39,610 nt of DNA from Negativicutes bacterium (GTDB taxonomy: Bacteria; Bacillota; Negativicutes; JAGOZY01). Under the pieces are notes generated by a model. The model saw only the letters and a list, made by a program, of their open reading frames with translations. It ran no database searches and was not told the origin of the DNA. A program made the translations under genes and the position numbers. The stretch is from assembly GCA_017995975.1 (NCBI GenBank), contig JAGOHU010000002.1, forward strand, positions 1-39,610, written 5' to 3'. This document shows, in pieces, positions 24,973-33,292 of this stretch; the stretch's first letter is position 1, and the number at the start of each line of letters is the position of its first letter.

Positions 24973-25557
24973 ATGAAATATCAAATGGGAATTCCGGATG
25001 AAGACTTTATCCGGGGTGGAATTCCGATGACCAAAAGAGAAGTTCGTATTTCGGTGTTGGCAGAAGCGAATATTAAAGAGGATAGCAAGATTTTGGATGT
25101 AGGAGCTGGTACTGGATCCATATCGATTGAGGCCGCATTGCTTGCGCCAAAAGGCAAAGTATGGGCCATTGAGAAAGAAGCAGAAGGAATCGACTTGATT
25201 CGCCAAAATAGTGAAAAGTTTGGTGTGGAAAATCTGATTTCGATTGAGGGACTTGCGCCAGATGCAATGAGCCAGGTTTCCGAAGAGTTGGATGCAGTTA
25301 TTATTGGAGGAACTGGTGGTAGTTTGGAAGATATTTTGGATGAAAGCGGAAAGCTTCTGAAATCTGGCGGCAAAATTGTTGTCACCGCAGTTACTACCGG
25401 AACGGCAGATCGAGCAGCTCGCTACTTTATCGATCATAAAGAAGAATATGATTTTTGGGGCTATCAAGCTGCTTATACCCGATTGCGTCCAGTTGCAAAG
25501 CATTTTCTGTTTCAAGCCTTGAATCCAGTGTATTTATTGGTAGGAACTAAAAGATGA
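24973..25557 (+). CDS. cbiT: Cobalt-precorrin-6B C15-methyltransferase (decarboxylating) CbiT
   Basis: The N-terminus GIPDEDFIRGGIPMTKREVR and the SAM motif ILDVGAGTGSISIEAA match CbiT. It starts 1 nt after the cbiE stop. Confidence 0.85.
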   Translation: MKYQMGIPDEDFIRGGIPMTKREVRISVLAEANIKEDSKILDVGAGTGSISIEAALLAPKGKVWAIEKEAEGIDLIRQNSEKFGVENLISIEGLAPDAMSQVSEELDAVIIGGTGGSLEDILDESGKLLKSGGKIVVTAVTTGTADRAARYFIDHKEEYDFWGYQAAYTRLRPVAKHFLFQALNPVYLLVGTKR

Positions 25558-25636
25558 AAACGATCTTATGTAACTAAAAAAACCGATTGTCTAACTAAAA
25601 AAAACAATTTTACTCTTGGAAATGAGTTTTTTTTGT

Positions 25637-25665
25637 TTGAAATAACTACCGAAAAAGCGTACACT
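25637..25665 (+). promoter_or_regulatory. Candidate sigma-A promoter of the decarboxylase/carrier operon
   Basis: TTGAAA (25637-25642), a 17-nt spacer, then TACACT (25660-25665). Confidence 0.4.
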
Positions 25666-25671
25666 ATGGGC

Positions 25672-26006
25672 AGTAGCCTGCTTTAAAAAGTAGTAAGAAA
25701 AATCCCTACTATATGTGAGACTTTTTCACAATAGAGAGATAGCTTGCCAAAGCAGCGAAATGGGTACCCAATACTTATCAGTAGGAGGTGAAATGTAGGC
25801 CTTACTAAAAAGAGGGCAGAACCAGGTTGTAAAATCGAAGCCTCAGACCGGGTGAAATGGTATTCCTCCGGTGATGTTTCGAGGGCGGCCATGGAGGATG
25901 TCGTGGGCGAAAGCAATTGTTTCGTTTTTATTTTAGTGCCCGCTTCCAGAGCGCAAGCGAAAAAATTCACTAGAAATCAGGTCAACTGATTTACTACACG
26001 AGGAGG
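25672..26006 (+). promoter_or_regulatory. Long structured 5' leader, a candidate riboswitch or attenuator of unrecognised class
   Basis: About 335 nt without a credible ORF. Features are several local hairpins, three GAAATG(G) motifs (25757, 25789, 25854), a weak hairpin plus T-run at 25908-25934, and a hairpin at 25974-25992 next to the RBS. Confidence 0.4.
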
Positions 26007-26012
26007 ATGACA

Positions 26013-27215
26013 ATGGACTTATCTATTTTTGCATCGTTACAAGACGAGCTACTTATGGGCGTTAATGGAGTGATTGCAAACCCATTGGTTATGGTTATGT
26101 GGGCAATTGGGGCATTACTTATTTATCTAGCGGTATGGAAAGACTATGAACCGACACTACTTTTGCCAATGGGTGTTGGGGCAATTATTGCAAACATCCC
26201 TGGATCTATTGCGGCAATCGCAGTGGTTCACGACAGTGGCCAAGCTGAGGTTGGTTGGTTGAGACTTTTATATGATTTGGGAATTGCAACTGAATTATTC
26301 CCAGTTTTAATTTTTATTGCGATTGGTGCAATGTGTGATTTCGGACCATTAATGCAAAATCCGAAAGTAATGCTTTTTGCAGCAGCAGCACAATTTGGTA
26401 TCTTTGCTACCGCAGTAGCAGCAGCAGCACTTGGGTTTTCCATTTGGGAATCCGCAGCAATCGGGATTATTGGCGCTGCTGATGGTCCTTCAACCATCTT
26501 TGTAGGTAATAAATTTGCGAAGAATATGATTGCTCCTTTGTCAGTAGCGGCTTATTGCTATATGGCATTGGTACCAGTTATTCAACCGCCAGTTATTAAA
26601 GCGATTACTAGTTCAGAAGAACGTAAAATTCGAATGGACTTTACCGAACAAGCACCGATTTCACAACGGGCAAAATTTATTTTCCCTATTATGATTATTA
26701 TGGTGGCTGGTATTATTGCTCCAATCTCTGTAGCATTGATTGGTGCTTTGATGTTCGGAAACATCTTGAAAGAATCAAATGTAGTTCCAAGCTTGGCACG
26801 TTGTGCTGAAGGCGAACTATCCAACTTAGTTACTTTGTTCCTCGGAATTACTGTTGGAGCAACAATGACTGTGGGAGATTTTTTGACAGTGGATGTAATT
26901 AAAATCATGGCTTTGGGAGCAGTTGCTTTCGTATTTGACACTGTCGGTGGAGTTCTTTTTGCTAAAGTAATGAATCTATTTAGTAAAGAGAAAGTCAACC
27001 CAATGATTGGGGCTTGTGGAATTTCTGCTTTCCCAATGTCCGGTCGTGTTATTGCTAAGATGGCTTTGAAAGAAGACCCAACAAACTTTATCATTCAACA
27101 AGCTATTGGTGTAAACGTAGCAGGTCAAGTCGCTTCAGTAGTAGCAGCTGGTGTCGTTTTGGCTCTAGTTCCTGCATTAGCGAAAATGTTCGGCTTTGCC
27201 GGACCATTGATGTAA
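26013..27215 (+). CDS. Sodium ion-translocating decarboxylase beta subunit (OadB/GcdB/MmdB family)
   Basis: Polytopic ORF with the family motifs IIGAADGPSTIFV and NPMIGACGISAFPMSGRV. The ATG at 26013 is preferred on spacing from GGAGG. Confidence 0.85.
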   Translation: MDLSIFASLQDELLMGVNGVIANPLVMVMWAIGALLIYLAVWKDYEPTLLLPMGVGAIIANIPGSIAAIAVVHDSGQAEVGWLRLLYDLGIATELFPVLIFIAIGAMCDFGPLMQNPKVMLFAAAAQFGIFATAVAAAALGFSIWESAAIGIIGAADGPSTIFVGNKFAKNMIAPLSVAAYCYMALVPVIQPPVIKAITSSEERKIRMDFTEQAPISQRAKFIFPIMIIMVAGIIAPISVALIGALMFGNILKESNVVPSLARCAEGELSNLVTLFLGITVGATMTVGDFLTVDVIKIMALGAVAFVFDTVGGVLFAKVMNLFSKEKVNPMIGACGISAFPMSGRVIAKMALKEDPTNFIIQQAIGVNVAGQVASVVAAGVVLALVPALAKMFGFAGPLM

Positions 27216-27233
27216 GGGAAGGGAGAGGTTAAT

Positions 27234-27377
27234 ATGAATCCAGTTGTAGAAGCTGCCTTTATTATGATGGTGATTGCAGTACCACTTATGTTTATCGTTA
27301 TTGGAATTTTTATTGGACTGACTAAGATGTTGGTAAGTTTGTTACCACCAACAGCAGAGGAATTGGAAGACAACTAG
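27234..27377 (+). CDS. Small single-TM protein, OadG-like decarboxylase gamma subunit (not in the supplied ORF track)
   Basis: 47-aa ORF MNPVVEAAFIMMVIAVPLMFIVIGIFIGLTKMLVSLLPPTAEELEDN with a GGGAGAGG RBS, 18 nt after the beta subunit stop. Confidence 0.6.
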   Translation: MNPVVEAAFIMMVIAVPLMFIVIGIFIGLTKMLVSLLPPTAEELEDN

Positions 27378-27498
27378 TTTGTAAATGAAAATCGGCTGGA
27401 ATATTAATTAAGTTAGCATTCCGGCCGATAATTTCAAAAATAGGGTTATCTGAATGTTCAAAAATCAGAATATTCGAAAATTGAAAGGGGAAAAAATC

Positions 27499-28938
27499 AT
27501 GGAAGCTTTATCCGCGATTAGTCCAGCCGCTTGGGCATCAATTATTGCACTTTTAATTGTTGTTGTTATTTCATGTATTAATGAAGATTTGAATGTAGGG
27601 ATTTTATCAATTGCTTTTGCATTGATTGTGGGTAGCATTTTTGCTCCCGAAATTTTGAAATCGATTAATTTAGAATTAGCTGCAAAGAAGTTACCACTTC
27701 TTAAAGCATATAACGGAAAAACCATTATGGGATCCTTTCCTGTAGATTTATTTATGATTTTAGCTGGGGTAACCTTCTTATTCGGGATTGCTCAGACAAA
27801 TGGCACTATGGAAAAACTGACAGCTTATGCAGTGCGAATGGCTAAAGGAAATAACGCATTGATTCCAGTGATTGTTTATGTAGTTACTACAGTTTTGACA
27901 ACCATTGGGCCTGGTAACATTGCAGCAACAGCGTTACTTGCTCCAGTGATGATGGCCATTGCTACTCGAGTGGGGATGTCAGCATTTTTAATGACTCTTT
28001 TGGTAGTAGGAGCATCTAATGGTGCGGCATTCTCTCCTTTTGCTCCAACTGGAATTATTTCAAATGGAATTATCGCTAAAATGGCCGAAGAACTAGGGAT
28101 TGCTTCGACTTCTTTAGGTGGTCTTGCTTGGAAAATTCATTTTAACTCCATGTTGGCTCAAGGGATTGTCAATATTGGCGGATTTTTAATTTTTGGTGGT
28201 TGGGCATGGATTGCAGCACAAAAAGGTAAAACTGTAAATATTGATGAATTAGCACCAAAACCAGCGGCTTTTGATCGAAATCAAATGCTGACAATCGGTG
28301 CAGTTGCCTTGTTGATTTTAATGGTTGTACTCCCAGGTTTACCAATCTTTAAAGGTGTATTTCCAAAGTGGTTCTTAAGTATGGCAATTAACGTTGGTTC
28401 GGTAGCATTTATTCTGTCGGGCTTCCTCTTACTCTTCAGTGCTGGAGACAGCAAAGCGGCTATTAAAGCAATGCCTTGGGGCGTTATGATGATGGTTTGT
28501 GGAGTGACTGTATTGATTGATGTAATGGACAAATCTGGTGGTTTGAACGCATTAGTCAAAATGATTGGTTCGATTTCTGGACCAACCACAGTTAATTTCT
28601 GGCTTGGATTGATTCCAGGAGCCATTTCGGCTTACTCCAGTTCTTCTGGGGTAGTTATGCCAATGTTCTTGCCAATGGTACCTGGTTTGATTGAAGAAAT
28701 TGGAATTCCTGCTGCTGATCGAACTCAAGCTGCTTTAGCAATGATTTCTTCGATTGATGTAGGATCTCATTTAGTTGATACTTCACCGCTCTCTACTTTA
28801 GGAGCACTTTGTATTGCTTCTGCTGGTGAGAACGAAGACAAAGGAAAGCTCTTCAAAACATTATTGATTTGGGGCCTTTCGATGGCTGCTGTCAGCGGTA
28901 TTATTTGTTACATCTTGTTCGGACTTTTAGGATTCTAA
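27499..28938 (+). CDS. Ion-transporter-superfamily anion permease (MatC/dicarboxylate-carrier-like)
   Basis: 479-aa polytopic ORF from the ATG behind AAAGGGGA. The N-terminal region resembles the MatC-type dicarboxylate carrier fold, with two-fold repeated hairpin-like segments. Confidence 0.55.
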   Translation: MEALSAISPAAWASIIALLIVVVISCINEDLNVGILSIAFALIVGSIFAPEILKSINLELAAKKLPLLKAYNGKTIMGSFPVDLFMILAGVTFLFGIAQTNGTMEKLTAYAVRMAKGNNALIPVIVYVVTTVLTTIGPGNIAATALLAPVMMAIATRVGMSAFLMTLLVVGASNGAAFSPFAPTGIISNGIIAKMAEELGIASTSLGGLAWKIHFNSMLAQGIVNIGGFLIFGGWAWIAAQKGKTVNIDELAPKPAAFDRNQMLTIGAVALLILMVVLPGLPIFKGVFPKWFLSMAINVGSVAFILSGFLLLFSAGDSKAAIKAMPWGVMMMVCGVTVLIDVMDKSGGLNALVKMIGSISGPTTVNFWLGLIPGAISAYSSSSGVVMPMFLPMVPGLIEEIGIPAADRTQAALAMISSIDVGSHLVDTSPLSTLGALCIASAGENEDKGKLFKTLLIWGLSMAAVSGIICYILFGLLGF

Positions 28939-28957
28939 GAACTATTTCAAAACAGAG

Positions 28958-28992
28958 AAATAGAGATGATTTATTCATCTCTATTTTTTTTT
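28958..28992 (+). terminator. Intrinsic terminator
   Basis: 12-bp stem AAATAGAGATGA / TCATCTCTATTT with a 5-nt loop and a T-run. Confidence 0.85.
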
Positions 28993-29052
28993 GTTTATTT
29001 TTATAAAATGAATAATATGATAGAATGAACCAAATAGGAGGGAGGACTAGGG

Positions 29053-30162
29053 ATGTTTCTTTCTAAAACCGCACAAGAGCCGAATTCAACAAAACATCAA
29101 GAATATTCATTGCTTCTGGCTACCATTCTGATTGGGAGCTTACCTTTTTTCTATCCTTTTTTTTCGAATCACCTGATTAGCTTGTGGGGGATTTCTATTT
29201 TGGGCTTTCTGGTGATTGGTTGGAGCATCTTCTCGGTCTATCGTCATGGTGATGTGTTGGCTCATCGACTAGCTTATAGTTGGTTGATTCATGGGGGAAT
29301 TGGGGGCTTGTTGTTTGTAGGTTTAGTCGAATTATTTATGACTGCCAGTCCTTATGGTGATTTTTTATTAGGAGAAACTAGTTTTTCGATATTGATGCTT
29401 TTCATGGGTGGAAGTGGGGGAATCATTTCTTTTGTGATACCACGCAAAAAAACGAAGGCAGAAAAAGGGTCTTTTATTTTGCCTTATCTAGGATTTCTTT
29501 TTGTACTTTATTTATTAGTTTTTATCCTTCCCGGTTCATTTGTAGAAGTGGGATTGTCAAAGCTTCAGCTGGTGATTATTATCTTTTTTTGCTTATGTTC
29601 TTATGGCTGGTTGGTCGCCATTCACTCTCCAGAAGCTGAGAGAGTGGTTCTTTTTCCAAGTGAAGATGAGAGTTCAAAGATATTTGCTGTTGAATCAGAA
29701 TCGCCTTTTAGTAGTTACTGGCATAGTGGTTGGCTGGTGATCCATTTGGTTGCAGTTTTTTCAGTTGCTTGGGTTTTACTTCCTTATACAAAGAAGACGA
29801 TTTTGAGCGAAGCTTATTCGCCTCAGTGGATCGGGATGATTCTTGGGATTCTTTTAGTGGCTCCTATCAGCAAAGGGATGATTGGGTATGCTCGAGAAGG
29901 TAATTTTGCAGAAGCGATCCGGCTTGGTATTTTACTAGAAATTAGCAGAGTGTGCCTTGGAGTCTCGGCCCTTATCGGCTTTGCAATTTGGCTCAACCAA
30001 GGGATTGTATTAGCTTTCAATTTACCTCAGGCCATTTTGATTGGCAGTAGTTTTATTGTTCTTGGCCTTTTTACAGTAAGAGGCGAAGATGAGAAGTACC
30101 TGAAAATATTAGGATTTTGTTATTTTGGATTATTAGTGGGTTATCTATTACTTTTTTGTTAG
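29053..30162 (+). CDS. Polytopic membrane protein, function unknown
   Basis: 369-aa ORF with a GGAGGGAGG RBS and about 10 hydrophobic segments. No recognisable motif. Confidence 0.6.
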   Translation: MFLSKTAQEPNSTKHQEYSLLLATILIGSLPFFYPFFSNHLISLWGISILGFLVIGWSIFSVYRHGDVLAHRLAYSWLIHGGIGGLLFVGLVELFMTASPYGDFLLGETSFSILMLFMGGSGGIISFVIPRKKTKAEKGSFILPYLGFLFVLYLLVFILPGSFVEVGLSKLQLVIIIFFCLCSYGWLVAIHSPEAERVVLFPSEDESSKIFAVESESPFSSYWHSGWLVIHLVAVFSVAWVLLPYTKKTILSEAYSPQWIGMILGILLVAPISKGMIGYAREGNFAEAIRLGILLEISRVCLGVSALIGFAIWLNQGIVLAFNLPQAILIGSSFIVLGLFTVRGEDEKYLKILGFCYFGLLVGYLLLFC

Positions 30163-30261
30163 CTTTGTAATTTGAAAAACATCAGCATAGGACAAAGGTT
30201 TTTTTCGTTATTTAGCGAATATTGAAAATAGTTGATCAAAAATCAAAAAAGAGAAAGGAAG

Positions 30262-30999
30262 ATGAAAATGACAGAATCAGTGTTAAAAATAGCCAATTCG
30301 TTTGGGCTATGGATCATTGCTTTTTGTGTAGTCATTTTTGTACTAATCCAAGCAATCTTGTATACCAAATTAGCCTTTAAGACAGCAGAAGAAATGGGCT
30401 TTCCAAAAGAAAAATGTGTACAAGGATTTAAAAGTGGGATGATTTCTGCAATTGGTCCTGCAGTTGCGGTGTTTATCGTGATGGTTGGTATGATGACTGT
30501 GCTAGGGAATCCAGTAACTTGGATGTGGCTCACAATGATAGGGAGTGCAGCAACTAAATTAATTGCAGCTGATCTTAGTGCTCAAGCTATGGGAGTGAAA
30601 TTAGGAACTCCGAGCTTTACGGAGATTTCTTTAGCTAATGCTTACTGGGCGATGGCGATCAATGGGATTGGTTGGATTTTGTTTGTAGCATTTTTTGGAA
30701 GTAAAATGATGAGTATCCGAGAAAAAATTGGTGGAGGTGATCCGAAGTGGTTGGGAATTTTCGGCTTGTCTGCCAGTTTGGGTGCATTCGCATTCTTGAA
30801 TAGTAAGACTTTATTTAATTCTACGGTGGGTGTTCTTTCAAACAATCAAGGGGCATTAGGTCCTATGGGTGCCGTATTAGGTGGTATCTTAGGTATGATT
30901 TGTCTTCAACTGATCGCACGGAAAATGTTATGGCTTCGTGAGTATACATTAGGAATTGCAATGATTATTGGGATTGCTCTTGGGATGACCTTAGCATAA
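30262..30999 (+). CDS. Membrane protein, function unknown (DUF-type, operonic with the amidase)
   Basis: Polytopic ORF. Possible starts are the ATGs at 30262 and 30268, after GAAAGGAAG. It is followed after 12 nt by a second membrane ORF. Confidence 0.6.
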   Translation: MKMTESVLKIANSFGLWIIAFCVVIFVLIQAILYTKLAFKTAEEMGFPKEKCVQGFKSGMISAIGPAVAVFIVMVGMMTVLGNPVTWMWLTMIGSAATKLIAADLSAQAMGVKLGTPSFTEISLANAYWAMAINGIGWILFVAFFGSKMMSIREKIGGGDPKWLGIFGLSASLGAFAFLNSKTLFNSTVGVLSNNQGALGPMGAVLGGILGMICLQLIARKMLWLREYTLGIAMIIGIALGMTLA

Positions 31000-31011
31000 G
31001 GAGGGGAAGAA

Positions 31012-31698
31012 ATGAAACAAGTAGATTTTAGAAAACTTTGGGATCCACAGGTTAATCGAATTGGTAAAATGACATTATTTCCGGCAGTAATTTTGTGCTT
31101 TTTGCCGGTAATTTATTTATATTTTGTTTACGGGTTATTTCCTACGATGGATGTAGCTTTGGAGAGCTGGTTTAAAGTGGCTGTATTTTTTGGTCCTTTT
31201 TATATCATTGAGCCTTTATCTTATTTTCCTGTCTTGGGCTTAGCCGGAACTTATATGGCCTTTTTAAGTGGTAATATCGGGAATATGCGAGTGCCTTGTT
31301 CAGCGGTAGCTCAGGAAGTAGTTGGGACTACCCCCGAAACACCGGAAGCTGAAATCGTCTCTACCTTGGGTATTGCAGGCTCGATTATCACAAATATTAT
31401 TGCAGTTACCCTGGCAGCATTTGTAGGGACTCAATTATTAAATCTTTTTCCGCCAGTTGTTATTGCTGCAGTGAAAGCATATTCGGTGCCAGCGATTATT
31501 GGGGCAGTGTTTGGGCAATTTGCCCTACAATCGCCTCGAACTGCTTTAATTGCTCTTGCGATCCCTCTAACATTACTTTCGGTTGGAAAAGTCGCTGGGA
31601 TTGCTTTTTTACAGAAGGATTGGTTTTTAATGGTAGTGGGTATTTGTGGCACGATTTTGGTTAATCGCATTTTATATCAAAAAGAAAAAAATAAATAA
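31012..31698 (+). CDS. Membrane protein, function unknown (operonic with the amidase)
   Basis: 228-aa polytopic ORF with a GGAGGGGAAG RBS. Confidence 0.6.
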   Translation: MKQVDFRKLWDPQVNRIGKMTLFPAVILCFLPVIYLYFVYGLFPTMDVALESWFKVAVFFGPFYIIEPLSYFPVLGLAGTYMAFLSGNIGNMRVPCSAVAQEVVGTTPETPEAEIVSTLGIAGSIITNIIAVTLAAFVGTQLLNLFPPVVIAAVKAYSVPAIIGAVFGQFALQSPRTALIALAIPLTLLSVGKVAGIAFLQKDWFLMVVGICGTILVNRILYQKEKNK

Positions 31699-31722
31699 AA
31701 TTTCTTAGAAAGGGTGAGAGAA

Positions 31723-33162
31723 ATGACACAGATTACGAAATGGAATGCTCATGAATTGTCAGAGAAGATTCATCAAAAAGAGGTATCTTGCCACGAAGTT
31801 ATGGCTTCATATTTAGGTCATATTAATAAGGTAAATCCTGAACTCAATGCGATTGTGAGCCTACAAGATGAGGCTGGGCTTTTACAAGAAGCAGACCAAA
31901 AAGATAAGCAATTGGCAGAAGGTAAATCTATGGGCTGGATGCACGGCTTTCCTATTGCTCCGAAAGATTTAACAAATACTAAGGGAATAAAAACCACCAT
32001 GGCAAGTCTGCTTTTTAAAGATAATGTACCTACTGAGGATGGCTTGATGGCTTCTCGTATGAGAGGCAGTGGGGCAATTTTCATTGGAAAAAGCAACACC
32101 CCTGAGTTTGGTTATGGTTCTCAAACCTATAATTCTGTTTTTGGAACCACTGGTAATGCTTATGACCCAAGCAAAAATGCTGGCGGTAGTAGTGGTGGAG
32201 CTGCAGTGGCTTTGGCGACTCATATGATGCCTGTTGCCGATGGTAGTGATATGATGGGATCTCTCCGCAATCCAGCGGCTTACAATAATATTATTGGATT
32301 TCGGCCTTCCCAAGGACGGGTACCTTTTTACCCAGGGGCAGATGTTTTCTGTCAGCAATTAGCGACAGAAGGCCCAATGGGGCGTTGTGTAAAAGATGTG
32401 GCTATGCTCCTTTCGGTACAATCTGGTTGGGACCCTCGTACTCCAATTGCGATTAAGGAAGACCCAGCTCAATTTACTGCCCCACTGGATATGAATCTCA
32501 AAGGCACTAAAGTCGCTTGGCTTGGTGACTGGGGTGGCTATATGGCTATGGAGCAAGGGGTTTTGGATATTTGTCAAAATGGCTTAAAGGTATTGGAAAC
32601 TTTGGGATGTGATGTTGAAGCTGCCCAATTCCCATATTCTCCTAATCGGATGTGGGAAATTTGGATTGCTCTTCGTCAATATCAAAGTGCTTGTAACTTT
32701 AAAGCCTTAGCTGATGACCCAGAGAAAAAGAAATTGATGAAACCAGAAGCAGTTTGGGAAATCGAAAGTGGCGGAAAATTGTCTGTTGAAAGTGCGGGGA
32801 AAGCGATGCTTGACCGAAGTGCCATGTATCAAGCTGGAGTAGAAATGTTTAAGAAATATGACTATCTGGTTGTGCCAACGGCTCAATGTTTCCCCTTTGA
32901 TAAATCGATTCACTGGCCTAAAGAAGTGGCAGGACGTACAATGGACACTTATCATCGTTGGATGGAGGTTGTTATTTTGGCGAGTCTTATGGGCTGCCCT
33001 TCAATTAGTGTGCCAGTTGGGTTTAATGCGGATGGTTTGCCAATGGGTATGCAAATTATTGGTAGACCCCAAGGGGACTTTGAAACTCTTCAGATTGCTT
33101 ATGAATATGAAAAAGCAACTGAGTGGACGAAAAAATGTCCTTCTCCTTTTGCAACTAAATAA
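31723..33162 (+). CDS. Amidase-signature (AS) family amidase
   Basis: Amidase signature GGSSGGAAVALA with the upstream catalytic-Lys region FPIAPKDL and a Ser-cisSer-Lys layout. Confidence 0.85.
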   Translation: MTQITKWNAHELSEKIHQKEVSCHEVMASYLGHINKVNPELNAIVSLQDEAGLLQEADQKDKQLAEGKSMGWMHGFPIAPKDLTNTKGIKTTMASLLFKDNVPTEDGLMASRMRGSGAIFIGKSNTPEFGYGSQTYNSVFGTTGNAYDPSKNAGGSSGGAAVALATHMMPVADGSDMMGSLRNPAAYNNIIGFRPSQGRVPFYPGADVFCQQLATEGPMGRCVKDVAMLLSVQSGWDPRTPIAIKEDPAQFTAPLDMNLKGTKVAWLGDWGGYMAMEQGVLDICQNGLKVLETLGCDVEAAQFPYSPNRMWEIWIALRQYQSACNFKALADDPEKKKLMKPEAVWEIESGGKLSVESAGKAMLDRSAMYQAGVEMFKKYDYLVVPTAQCFPFDKSIHWPKEVAGRTMDTYHRWMEVVILASLMGCPSISVPVGFNADGLPMGMQIIGRPQGDFETLQIAYEYEKATEWTKKCPSPFATK

Positions 33163-33172
33163 GTAAATCTTA

Positions 33173-33207
33173 AAAGGCATCTGATTTTTTTGATCAGGTG
33201 CCTTTTT
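33173..33207 (+). terminator. Intrinsic terminator
   Basis: Stem GGCATCTGAT / ATCAGGTGCC (one G-U pair) with a T-rich loop, followed by TTTTT. Confidence 0.8.
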
Positions 33208-33292
33208 GAAGGAGAATCTCTGGTTTTGCAGAAGCTAGTAGTAATGTAGTCTTAAAATAAAATTTTATGATGAGAGTGTGAGGATGACCGCG

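Noticed and set aside
24883-25515. A 210-aa minus-strand ORF, with the nested ORF 24981-25385.
   Set aside because: It is fully antisense to the confidently identified cbiE/cbiT genes. This is a typical shadow ORF.
25683-25970. A 95-aa minus-strand ORF in the cbiT-decarboxylase gap.
   Set aside because: It has no RBS and no recognisable motif. It lies antisense to a region full of hairpins, and its start would sit against the downstream gene's RBS region.
25672-26006. A known riboswitch class (T-box, cobalamin, FMN, SAM-I, glycine, lysine, c-di-AMP ydaO, M-box), or RNase P, tmRNA or SRP RNA.
   Set aside because: The signature motifs are absent. There is no GGUGGUACCGCG T-box sequence, no GCCACUG B12 box, no FMN CCGACAGU...GGAUG, no ydaO CAGCUAACCUCGUAAGC, no RNase P GAGGAAAGUCC and no tmRNA or SRP cores. 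The resemblances (GGGUACCCAAUA, GGUGAAAUG) are partial only.
26582-27094. A 170-aa minus-strand ORF, and similar antisense ORFs in the transporter genes (28281-28625, 30243-30533, 31431-31670).
   Set aside because: These are shadow ORFs opposite GC-poor, hydrophobic membrane-protein genes. None has an independent signal.
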